Assembly (NCBI RefSeq): GCF_000150275.1
Contig: NW_002060963.1
Span: forward strand, 143,669-207,668
Length of the DNA: 64,000 bases
Direction of reading: 5' to 3'
Origin: Trichoplax adhaerens
Taxonomy: Eukaryota > Animalia > Placozoa
This document shows positions 43,801-55,387 of this stretch, piece by piece. Position numbers and translations under genes: made by a program. The notes beneath the pieces were generated by a model. The model did no database searches, was not told the origin of the DNA, and was given only the letters and a program-made list of their open reading frames with translations. Position 1 is the stretch's first letter. The number at the start of each line of letters is the position of its first letter.

Positions 43801-46800
43801 AGATTATGAACTTGTACGTCAATTCGAGCTATGACTATAGTAGTTACATCCAGAGCTCTTTACTTTATAGGTCAGAAATCTACTACGGAGGGTAATAGAT
43901 TTAGATTATGTTACTGTTATAATGGTAGCCACTATGTATTAAGATAGAGAGATTTTGCATGAAGCCAATAGCGAAAATGAAGAAGATTTATCAGCAAATA
44001 ATGATACATGTAAACAAGGAATTTAATACGGAATCTTACAGTTGTGATAGAAAGACTGAGCTAGCAAACATCTTTTCCGACAAGGTAGTGATGTAGTTAA
44101 AGTCGAAATAGCTGTAAAGAGGTGAAAATATTGCGAATATGTTATAGTTAAGTGCTGACGGAGAGTTCATAAAAATTACTTCAAGCCTTTGAATTGTACA
44201 CCATGTTAATTAATGCTTATTTCTCTTATTTATAATTAATCATACACGATATTTAAATTCGGCAAATCATTAAAAGCTGCTTCTTCGATGGTCGATATGG
44301 AATTTGAGGATAGATTTCTACATTTTTCGTTAGATCAAGAGAGTCATGATAAATGATTTTGAATGGTTACATTTGCAAAAATGCCATTTAAAATCGTTTA
44401 ATTATACCAGTATATAAAGCAATTCAGTATACGGATGTACTTACAAATACGCCAAATTCAAAAGCGAATTAAATTGATTGGAAACAAGAGTCTTAATCTT
44501 ATTCCGTGCTAATGATCTATATTGTCAATAATACAACACTTCTAGTTTTATTTCTAACAACGGTAAAAGCAAGTTTTGCCGTAATCTTTTATATATTGGC
44601 TAGGTCAAGGAAGCTTCATTAAACTATATTTCTTACCATATCAGGCATTACTTAATTTTTATCTAATATAAAGTATCTTAAATAAAATCATTTTTGCAAA
44701 TATCAAAATTTGATGTAAACTTGAAAATCAAGAGACTTAATAATTAGTCGGTTAGGACGATGAGCTTTTTGAGACAGCCACTTATCGCCAATAGTATACA
44801 TGAAAAGTAGACAGTAATTTTCCTAATTCTTATTTACTTGATCAACTTTAATACCTCGATAGCTTTAATGGGCTACTTACAGCGATCTCAATGCAGGTAA
44901 CATATTAAAGCTATATGGCTCCACTATTTTGATTAAATTTGCTTCTAGATGTCTATTAATATCAATTAAGTTAAGTTACCTTTTTATCGAACGATAAATG
45001 GTGCTCATACTATTAAACAAATCTGTTTTGTTAACATTATAATCATATCGATTAATAAATGGTCTTCAGATGAAGTTTATTATTTGCGTACTGACTTACA
45101 AGTCTATAAGAGATGAAAGAATGGGAAAACTTGTATTTCTTACGGCAGAAATATTATTAAGATTAAGATATCTATCGACAGATCATACCGATTAGATTCG
45201 ATTCTTCGTTTACTATAGCCATTACTTGGCTAAATGAACGTTGAATTATTTTCTTTATTCTTAAATCAAGCTGCTAAATACTCACAAATACATTAAATCA
45301 GACAACCCTTTGAATTTGTGCCTTTCTAATCTGAATGCCTCAGGTCCAACATGGCTCAAATCGCTAAGATGAAACGTATCAAAAATTTAAAATAATGTAT
45401 AGCTAGGATTTCATACGAAGTCAATAAAACTAGATTTTTTAATACCATATTTATGTTAACGTCATAAATTTGTTTTCCTAACTAACTTTATAGTTTAACT
45501 GTTACTTTACTTATGCCTACAGATATTTTAACTTTGGATGATGGCTGAATGAATAGTTAGAATGAATGCGGCATGCAGCAATGTTCCTAGATGAAATAAA
45601 ATAACAAAATATGGACATAGTTATAGTGTGAGATTACCAATCAATCTTATCAGGTATTGTTCACTTCATGTAAAAATGTTGTTTTATATTTGCAGCTCAT
45701 GATCGTGAGCTATTATATTATTGGCGACAATACCGGCAGTAACTATTATTTATTAGCTATGGAACTAACAAAGAATCCAGGTTGGAAAGTTGTGATAACG
45801 CTGCTCCTCCATCGTCTGCTAAATTCATTGAGGAAGCCTCCCTAGGTGTAATTATTAACGTTCGTATATAAAGTAAAAGAAGATTATTCAAGTTCGTAAA
45901 TGTTTCCTTACCTGTCGTATAGTAGCTTATTTTGCAAGCTATTATGAACCGTTCATATAAGGTAAGCAATTTTTATTATTGTAATTAATGATCATTAATT
46001 ATAATGGCTTACAGAAATTCAATGTTGCGGAAAACTAGGAGAGAATCTTCCTTTAACGTAGGTACGTATGTATATTTTAAACTCCTGTAGACAGCAAATA
46101 AGGTACAAACGCATTAGAATCTTAATAGAATCAAATGGACACTTTATAATAACCAATAGTTTCTTAACAATGTTATGCTCGGTATGCTATATACGATTTA
46201 GTAAGCTATGTGATTAGTCATCATATTCACAATTATGTCTTTCTGTAGTTATATTTACAAGTATTATGAGCTATAGCTATAAATGATGCAAGATATCATT
46301 CACATAATTGTATTATTGTAACAAAGATCAATTTAGAGAATACTATGTTCTGTATGTGTTATATAGAGAGGAGTGTTAGTCTTAACGGTGAATAAATATC
46401 TAATTTTTATTCTGAAGTCTACATTTACAATTTTTTTAATTCCGGCAGCGGACTTGCTGTGAGCAGTGGTGATATCGATGAGATTAAATTGCTTTTCAAG
46501 GATCTAAGTTATAAATACATTAGTATAAAGTTTTGAAATTGCTAAGCACTACGTATAATAAAGTTCTTTCACGATAATTCGTACCGTGCTTAGGAAATAA
46601 ATAAGAAAGCTATACAGAGTGGAAGCTTACAAGCTAGTTAAACTTCGCATTATTGATAAAGTTGACGCATTAATGTGAGTAATGAAATTTTTATCGGTTC
46701 TCCTGAAATACGAAAGTCAATTTGGTAATTGATTAATTGTTTTACTTGTACGATCTCAGCGTTAATGGGTGAGATTCCATTAAATTTAGCTCATTTAGAT

Positions 46801-49800
46801 ATTGACAGTATCGTAACATGATGTATATAGGAGTATACAACTTTACATAGTGCTTAACTTACAAGGTTTTTAAGGAATTGGAGCAATTGCTCAGGGCGTC
46901 AACGTTGAGTTTCTCTAATCGATTCATCTCCAGAAATCTGTTTACGTATGATAGCAATTTCCGCTTATTAATGGTTGTATGTGTGATATATATGCCAATA
47001 TAGCAGCGATATTAATTTTTACAGAAGGTTCTTACAGTTATTTTGACACTCATTTTATAACGTACAATCAATTATAAATTTTTAAATTATTTTGAACAGT
47101 GTTAGAGCTGACAAATTAAGATTATTTGGATAGGAAAACAACATTCTCTAAATTTTCAAAATAGAATAAGGTAAGTTCTTTGCTTTTCGAGTATTGTATA
47201 ATAAGTACTAGATAAATAGTGCGTGTATTTCGAAGGTGGAACGTCGCACTTACATCTAGAAATAATAAGGGCAAAGTGCAGGAGAAAGAGTAACAAAATA
47301 CAGCTAAAGCTAAAAGTAGCGCAGCTATCAAACGGAACTTATTAAATCGACCTTCTTTGTGCCGCTCGTGTAAATTATTCCATATATATATATAAATCGA
47401 ATATATCAAAGGTGAACAATTTCTATTTTTCTTAATTGTTAGGTTAATGCCTTACATATATTTTAGCTGTCTTGGACCATTGCAGATGCTTTCATCAATT
47501 TCTCGAAAGGTGTTTCTATTCAAATTTCTATAATATTTTGCAAAAGAAAATTAATCATAAATTACGACCCATTATCATTTTAAATAATACTAGGTTACAC
47601 GATAGAACTAATCTATTAGCGGCACTTATAAAGACGTAATTAGGATAAAAGTTACATTTCTTGCAGTGAAACAAGATTGGAAAAAACTCCTAGAGGAAAT
47701 TGCTGTATTCTGTTGTCGTTTAAATCTCTACGTAAGAAAAATTTTGTCGTTTTTATAATTATTATCAATTTTTTAATCTTACTGACTCAGCTGAGTATAA
47801 CTTGGCTATACGAGCTCGTATGATTGTATTCACAATCGAAACCTTTTCTTTCAAAGAATTTATTTTTGTAGATTTGATTTTAAAAGTAAGCTGTGATTTT
47901 ATCAGATATTGTACAGCAGTACTTTACAATCTAAAAAATCATGATTAGGATAACTTACAGCTTTACTAAAGAAATTAATCCGTAAAATGTCTGATTGCTG
48001 AGTACTTTCAGGGCATTAGAAGATAGGATCCTAAAATCAGTAAATACCTTAGCTCTTTTTTTTAGCAGATGTTTTAATTATGAGAGCATTGATAATTAAT
48101 CATAAATTATTTCGGCAAGGTGAGAGTACATGATAAATGAGTGTTTATACATTACTGATTAATTGTTATTATATTGTTGAAAATAATGTTCTAAATGTTA
48201 CAATATCGTATAAATATTTATGATTGTCAAAGATAGTTCTAAAGAATTTATGTAGGTGAGCTTATTTTCCATGTTTATGACATTTTAAATTATTTGCTTT
48301 CTTACAAAATTTTTAAGTTGCTTAGCTCTTTAAATGCTCCGTCACAAATAGTTTTGATGCCGCAATTCTCAGCTTTGCTAATTATTAGATATAAACAAGT
48401 CGAATAGTGCTGATGAGATTTATTTTAAATTATGAATGTAAAGTATCAGTTAAATAGAAATAATCAAAGCTAAAGATTATTACAGATAATTCAGACGAGG
48501 CAATTTTGAGAATACTCCACAGTTGAGGTAACGCTGTCTTCTACTAGCGATGTTGCTATCAAATAATAAATCAATCTTATTTATTTCGTTATAATTCTTT
48601 CGCGCGATCTATTGTAATATCTATTAAAGATATTCTTGGCTAATTTAATGATTGAAACATGGCTGTATTAGCTTTGCGGAAAAATAGCTCTATACGGCAG
48701 TTGGATAGTTATATCTTCTATGTTAACAGCATTCTTATAAATATATAATCATTATAATATAACTCTAGTAACAAAGAGATAGCTGAGTATCACGAATTGC
48801 CAGCTAATATCATTTTATCAGGATAAATTCTTATTTCTCGGAACTAACAGTGATTTCAAGGAAGGCATTTCATGAAACAATCCTCGGGCAAGATCGTTGA
48901 TGTCAGTGTACGCTAGATTACTAAAAGCAAAAAAGTAACCTGTTTTATTAATTTTTTAATATATATTAATGGAGCTATCTGATATTGAGGTGTACATATA
49001 TAATTTTGCCATCACATTTTGATTAATATCACCTCGATACTGTACTAACATAGTTGTGATGTTTTTCATGTCTGAAAAGAAATTTCTCTCAAATGCTGTG
49101 ATTGGGTTTCTTTGCAAGTTTCTGAACAAATAATAACATACTCGTATAAGTTTTAATTTTTTAATTCTCAGATGATCAAGGGATTTTTGTGCGGTTTAAT
49201 GATAACCCGAAATTTCTAGTTAGTTTTAGTTATTCGGTATTATTAAGCTAAATAGTATGTTGACTAATACACATATGCTCAGTTCTTAGTTTATGAAGTA
49301 TGTTAAATATTTTCTGTTCTAAGTAAGTTTAATCAAGGATATAACATAGACACATAGAGTATTAAAGAATTTGTTAATACAGTACTTACAAATTTTGCAG
49401 GAATTTCAAATTTTGAAGAGTTTGACGATTTATGCTTCGAATTTTGTTCGATGATAATTCTCTACCATAAAGAAGATAGAAATAGAGCTGTCAATTGCCC
49501 AGTAAAAATGGTAAAAGAATCTATGGAAGTAGATAAGCTCACATGAAATTCAAGCTTAGTAGATTGGAAAATGTTCCATTTTCAATTACTCGAATATGAG
49601 AGTTTCTTGCATATCTGGCATAATTTCAGATAATTTGTTTACAAAATATAAAAATACAGAGATAAGACACATTTATTCATCATAAAATAGTAATCCTGGA
49701 AAAAATGCAATAATGAAATAGTATAAATTTTAGAAGAAAGGTATGATACTCTTGTCACTTATTTACGTACAATCCCTTTAAATTTCTTAATGGCTTAAAA

Positions 49801-52800
49801 ATTTTTCTTTCCAGTGAGATTAAGAATGTTGACCTTATAGAACTACAATTTCAACCATTGCGTCATTATTTATTATATTTTTACAATGTATTTCTGTAAT
49901 GTAAACCTGCTACGCTTTATAGCACTATAAAATCTAAGAAATAAAGTATTGTAAGTAATTAATGGGTTATTGCAATTCGATTATAATTGGCCAATTGTAT
50001 GTAATGCATGATAAGCAACGTAGTGATAGATATTTTAATGCAGTAGGTTACGATAATGTAAACGTTATATTCTGTTATTTGAAATAAAGAAAAATTAGAT
50101 TATGTGAAGGACCATGAAAATGATTCCGGACATACAGATCTATTAGTTGCGGAGTGTGTTCGAAGACACCTTGAGGTAATTGAGAGATTGGATTTTCGGC
50201 GATTGATCTAAATCGTATCATTAATTTAAAATTTATTAAAATTAAATAAAAAATTAAAAGAAATCTACATACAGCTTTTCAAGGTTCACTAATCCTCTGA
50301 AGGCATCTTTACTGATGGTGTTAATGAAATTTCGATTAAGATATCTAAAAAAAGATCAAGATAGTATAATGTCAATAACTTGGTAAAAATTTGCTAGTTA
50401 GCAATATTGCCTAAGATATCTAAAGTTATAGACACATAAGAATCATGCTGATTGAATTTATTTGTATTCCGTAAGGATGGTAATGCGATGTAAGGTATAG
50501 TGTCAAATTAATTTACGAGACATTCTGTTGAGAGTATCTGACTTTCAATAATAATATTACGATTAGTGCTAAATGAAGATAGAATGAATTTAACAGTAAC
50601 AATGGCATTTGTTTGTACTGCAAGATAAATTAAATAAATATGTTCCATATTAACTAGTAAATTAGGTTTGATGATATCAATGCGTGTTCGATTCTATTGT
50701 CTTTCAGTTTTCTTAATGATTTATAATGGTATATGCCTAAGGTCTGCATAAGGCTAGAAATTGTTCTCTTTATTGAACGAAAATGAATGTCAGTTGTAGA
50801 TTTTAGAATATTTTATTCATTATTTTTAGCAAATATGCGTTTAGATATTCATTAATATACAGTAAAAATTTTAATTTAGGGATTGCTACAAAATCGAGAT
50901 AAGAGGAAAAATATACTTTCGGAATTGATTCCGCTAGCTTCGATATTAACAAGGTATAAGAAATATTTGATGTTTATGAATTTGCAAGATAGAATTTTCT
51001 GTTATATGCATTAATGGTATATTGTTCAGCTTTAAGGCTAGGATCCTAAGCTTTAAGTAATATTTAGGTGATGAAACATCTATTATGTACTTTGTTTATT
51101 ACTTACAAAAATCGTAAAACCTTCAAATTCTTGAACGTATCATCATGGATCGTTGTTAGAAAGTTCGTAGTTAAGTCTCTGAATAGAGTCGTAAGTTACC
51201 AGTAATAGCACACAGAAACTAGTCAGTTATCACATATAATTGATTTAGAATAGCCGAGATCAATTTAGTTAGCGCTTACAGATGCCTTAGATTTGGTAGA
51301 TTTTTTAATACTTCTGGATTTAGATTTTCACTAAAAATCCGGTTCGTGGTTAGTTGACTACAGCAGAGGTAGAGTATATTGTTAATAATCTCTTGTCACT
51401 ATCAATTATTAATACAATCTTAAATGAAAGTTAATAGAATGCTTGCGATTACATTTGTAATTATGATTCCTTCTAGTAAACGCAAAAATATTAAACTTGA
51501 CGGGTATGGTTGGGACTATTACATCGGATAATTCTAATACTGAAGATGCTATATGGGCAAAAATATTTTACCTTTACAATCCCTACTTTTAGGTTAGCTG
51601 TATATCGGTACTTATGATGTTCTTTAAATATTATTAATATCGTAACTGACTTAATCATAAGTTATTAGAAGATAGCCAGCAATAGCAGTTTAGCTAAAAG
51701 GTTTCACAGACAATCAAATGGACTTACACAAAAGAAATCCATGGTTGAAGAATTGATGTATCGATTGGAAATTGTGCAAGATAATTCATCACTATTTGTC
51801 TGATAAGATATGTAGGATAAAATACGTCAGATGAGTATTTTAATTTTAATGAATATAATTTTCATTATTAACTGTCTTGTTACGATAAGAAGTAAGCTGC
51901 ACTTTAGATAAACAGAAGATCAAAATAGAACTAAATTTTTATTTTTACCGCACGATAATTTTATAAGGTATCAGTAATAAATCGAAATATTTGAGTGGTA
52001 TTAATAACAAGTTTTTAGCTCAGTATGTTCTCCTTGATAGCTAATCTGCTGCACAACTGTACATCGGTAAATTAATTTAGTCTAAGAAGTATAATTTGTA
52101 CAAATCTTCTACTAGATTAAATTTCAAGCCTAAAACTTATGGTCATTTACAGCGAAATTACCTTAACATCTATTAAATTTATGCTACGGTTAAGAAACAT
52201 TATTCTCCCAGTGGAAATACTATATTAATTACTATTGAATTATATTAATAAGACCTATTACTAGTGACTGAAATAGTTTAAAATGCTTTTACTTGGTTAT
52301 ACTCGAATTTAGCGATCAGTAAGGTTTAAACTCTTATTTAATTTAAGATAAGTATACATACATCTTTTTATAAGGAATGACAATGTTGTCGATAGCCTTT
52401 GTCATCCTTTGCAACACACACTGCATGTATGTTGCACCGCATTTACAGCCGGCGATACAGGGCAATGTTACTGAAGAAAATTAGGTAAAATATTAACTCC
52501 ATATGTTAGATACTAGTTGCAAGTTTAGAACGAGAAACTTTATAGAAAAGTGAAATAAAACAATAATTCAGTAACTAGTTGTAATTTATTTTATATTTAT
52601 ACGCAGTTTCAACAAGGACTACTAAGGCAGAAAGAACTATAATACCGATTAAATGACTAGTTGTAATTTGTTTTATTCTTATATAGTTGCTGCAGGAACT
52701 AGTAAAATAGAAATAAATTAAACACTGATTCAATAACTAGTTGTAATTTTTATTTTTTACATAGTTCCAGCAGGAACTACTAAGATAGAGAGAAATAGAA

Positions 52801-55387
52801 CACTGATTCAATAGCTAGTTGCAATTTGTTTTATTTTTATATAGTTCCTGTAGAGACTACTAAGACAGAGGGAATAAAAACTCTGATTCAATAATTAGTT
52901 GTAATTTGTTTTACTTTTACATAGGTCCAGCAGGGACTACTGAGACACAAAGATAAAACACTACTTCAATAACTACAGTAGTTGCAGTTTGTTTTATTAT
53001 TATACAGTTCCTGTAGGGATTACTAAAAGAGAGAAAGGGAGAGAGGGACGAGAAATGACCGTTCAGCGCAAAATAATGCCGAGAGTTATCATTTTTCTAG
53101 TTATCCTACCATATGATACAGATGAAATTGTAACTATACTGTATATAACTATTCTGGTGGCCAATGTGGATGACAATCATAGACAGCATAATGCGGACAT
53201 AAGATATAATTGAAATGACCAGCAAATGTGCCAGTCTCTCCATTTTTAGTATAGCGAACGACCATTTCCCGTCCTTCTCTTTTTTTTAGTAGCGTTTCGT
53301 TTCAGATGATTATAAAAATGGTGCGGAAGAATTGTTGTATCAAGTTATTGAAATAAAGTTCAAAGTTCAAATTGTTGCCCACAATAGGAGATAGTTAGCT
53401 TATAAGATTACAGTAGAAAAATGGACGCTACTGGTAATCTCAGAAGTCAAGTTTAAAGTTTCAGTGCTGTACAAATAACATAACTAGAGGAGCAATTAGA
53501 TCGTCAGTAACCTCGCTGTGATGAAAACTTGAATTTACTGTACAAATGAGATTGGTATAATCAGTTATTGCTGTCATGAAATAGATAAATATCTGTAGAT
53601 ATTGCAGATACGGTAGTTCTAGCTAGCTAAAAATAACCTGTAGTATTAGCAAGTTATCAGACCGTTTTGCTAAATTAAAGAAAGTAAAAGTACAGCTACA
53701 ATATGTGATCTTCTAGTGTCTTGATGGCTATAATAAATTGCAATATTAGAAAGTTATTAGGTCGATTTACTAAGTTGAAGAAAGAAAAGTACAGCTACTT
53801 AAATTCGCTCATGGCAGTAATATTTTCGTGAAATGCTATATGAGGATCAGTTTTTATTTTAGAAAAAGCGTATTATAGGGATATTGGCTTGAAACATTGC
53901 AAATTACCCAGAAGTGCCTGATTTAGGTGAAATGTAGGTAAGATACCGATACTAGCTTGAAATTACATTAGTCTCAAATAAGCATCTATTACAAATTGAG
54001 AAGTTATAAAGTAAAAAGCACAAGTATATACAGACTGTATACAGTACGCGAAGTACAGTAGAACAAATGTAGGTTCTGCTAGTGTTATTAGAAAAGGTGT
54101 CGATGTGTTTCTTATTGAGAAAGACTAGTCGCACACATTAATAGAAATGGATGTGAAAACATATTTGTATTATTAGTCAATGATAATTAGAGGTTCAAGA
54201 ATTGTAATTACTATTCTTTAACACTGCTTTTATAATAAATGTCATTAGACAAAAAAATGGTATATATATATATATATATATGTATACAGGTAATAATTAG
54301 CTATTTTTATTTACTTATGGAAGCTGGAAGACTTAACGTTTGACGTAGTGGAAAAGTTTACTTGTATTTATTAATCTGGTTACCGCTAGATCTAAATGGA
54401 TAGTTTATTTACTTACGACATTGGGTGTTTGTTAAGTCAGAATATTTGCTGCCATTAGTATACAATAACTTGCAGGATAAAGGCTTACAAACTATGAATA
54501 CATAAATTAAAGTTATATTGTATCTATCTAAGCTTTATTTTTAAATGATCGAATTTAGTTTTTGTGACAAGATTAAAAGGTATGATCACTTACAATGGTT
54601 GTACTGGATCTTGTAATTTTTAGAGCATGAACCATTTTTACAATCGGCCATACTTAATTGAAGCTTTTCATAAATTACGTTAGCTAAAGATTGATAAATT
54701 TATTAAAACCATGGAAAATCTTAATTTCAAATAAACGCTACGCTCCAATTCGGTCGTATAGATATAAAAGCTCGGAATATGTTTTATTGAAGATAGTTGC
54801 GAGTGAAAGCAGAGTTAATAAATTAGGAAGTCAAAATATGTAACTTTTAGGTTACAATACGTTATTTTCTAAGCCAGTTACTGCTACTTACTGCATTTAT
54901 TTTCATTGTATTCATTAGGGCAGCTTTTTTCGCATTTGCATATTTGTTTAGCATTAATATTATGTCCACTTTTAGTACAGGATAGGGTACAAGCTGGTAA
55001 AGGCAGAATAAGTCTAATTTTTATCTGAATATTGCAAGACTTATGAATAGCAGTCATTTTGTATAAAAGGCATAGACTACTTGAATCAGATCGATTTAAG
55101 ATTCCCATCAATAACTTTTTAGTGTATTTAAGACTACGAATCATTCATGTCTGATTTGTATGATATTCGTAGTCGTAATAAAATATTTCTAATTTAAATT
55201 GCAGAGATTTAAATTTACGAATCTTGTAGTCTCTGTAATAATAAAGGTGATACAAGATTTTACCTGAAACTTTGGCTATCTTATTATTTAACGTACAGCA
55301 GTATAAAAATTAATTTATTACAGTACCGTATGGAAGCAATACCAAAAGAGTGAGATTAAATATGATTCGATTCCGCGAGTAGTTCAT
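27437..55387 (-). CDS. Gene A: giant LDLa/LRR-containing GPCR (RXFP/GRL101-like, type C LGR) with C-terminal pseudokinase domain, ~61 exons, ~2000 aa
   Basis: Hand-spliced GT-AG exons in a continuous frame. Signal peptide 55327-55387 (MNYSRNRIIFNLTLLVLLPY); LDLa-like 54892-54993; Cys-rich 54594-54683 and 54417-54491; LRRNT 52362-52470 (LPCIAGCKCG); 51 phase-2 LRR exons from 51728-51799 down to 30850-30921; hinge+7TM 29542-30593; linker 29337-29398; kinase-like exons 28600-28829, 28231-28429, 27715-27963 and 27437-27577 (stop TAA). Exon phases are compatible throughout. Confidence 0.88.
29542..30593 (-). CDS. Gene A hinge + rhodopsin-class 7TM exon (RXFP/GRL101-type)
   Basis: Hinge YLCCAAP...CNP...LSTCSHLL, TM1 GN, TM2 NLSIADLLMGFYL, TM3 ITIDRY, ECL2 VCLP, TM6 TDLICWMP, TM7 LPLNSCINPILYT. 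Overlaps ORF 29519..30481. Confidence 0.95.
30850..51799 (-). CDS. Gene A LRR array: 51 single-repeat exons (66-81 nt, mostly 72 nt, all phase 2-2)
   Basis: Exon left coordinates: 51728, 51280, 51107, 50273, 49771, 49543, 49390, 49050, 48849, 48484, 48306, 47959, 47656, 47456, 46863, 46631, 46429, 46013, 45770, 45521, 45286, 45100, 44881, 44445, 44246, 44040, 42741, 42534, 42361, 41950, 40057, 39767, 39393, 38382, 38237, 36882, 36501, 36248, 36078, 34671, 34402, 34260, 34031, 33459, 32493, 32309, 32168, 31970, 31670, 31105, 30850. Examples: YLNRNFINTISKDAFRGLVNLEKL, DLNDNRIQQFPLGVFSNLVSLQEM, NLTHNRITKIDNRAFSNLSSLEQL (xLxxNxIxxIxxxxFxxLxxLxxL). Confidence 0.9.
33126..33338 (+). repeat. Intronic repeat homologous to 1-210
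   Basis: See 1-210. Confidence 0.8.
35203..35323 (+). mobile_element. Miniature non-autonomous Helitron-like element
   Basis: A|TCTAC... 5' end; 3' hairpin CCGTC-agcaaagc-GACGG, 9-nt spacer, CTAG|T; internal hairpin tcacggta-cgaac-taccgtga. The 5' boundary is inferred. Confidence 0.55.
38728..39278 (+). mobile_element. Solo-LTR-like dispersed repeat, copy 1 (intron of gene A)
   Basis: Begins TGTAA and ends ...TATCACA; internal TATAAAA and downstream AATAAA; alignable over ~550 bp to 25662-26216. Confidence 0.6.
43263..43351. repeat. Nested palindrome/foldback
   Basis: Perfect 24-bp palindrome tccggcattttgcaaaatgccgga (43291-43314) inside longer imperfect inverted arms gcaatttgcgaaatc / gatttcgcagattgc. 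Confidence 0.8.
52510..53040 (+). repeat. Tandem repeat, ~6 units of ~80 bp, in intron 4 of gene A
   Basis: Recurring unit actagttgtaatttgttttatttttatatagttcc.gcaggaactactaagatagagagaaataaaacactgattcaata, starting near 52574, 52656, 52736, 52814, 52894 and 52977. Confidence 0.9.
54261..54281. repeat. (TA)n microsatellite
   Basis: tatatatatatatatatatat. Confidence 0.9.

Noticed and set aside
51453-51539. Exon-like segment (LELSDVIVPTIP...) in gene A
   Set aside because: Phase is incompatible with the flanking LRR exons and there is no equivalent in B.
52510-53040. Possible CRISPR-like array
   Set aside because: Whole units are homologous with no unique spacers; eukaryotic context; no cas genes.
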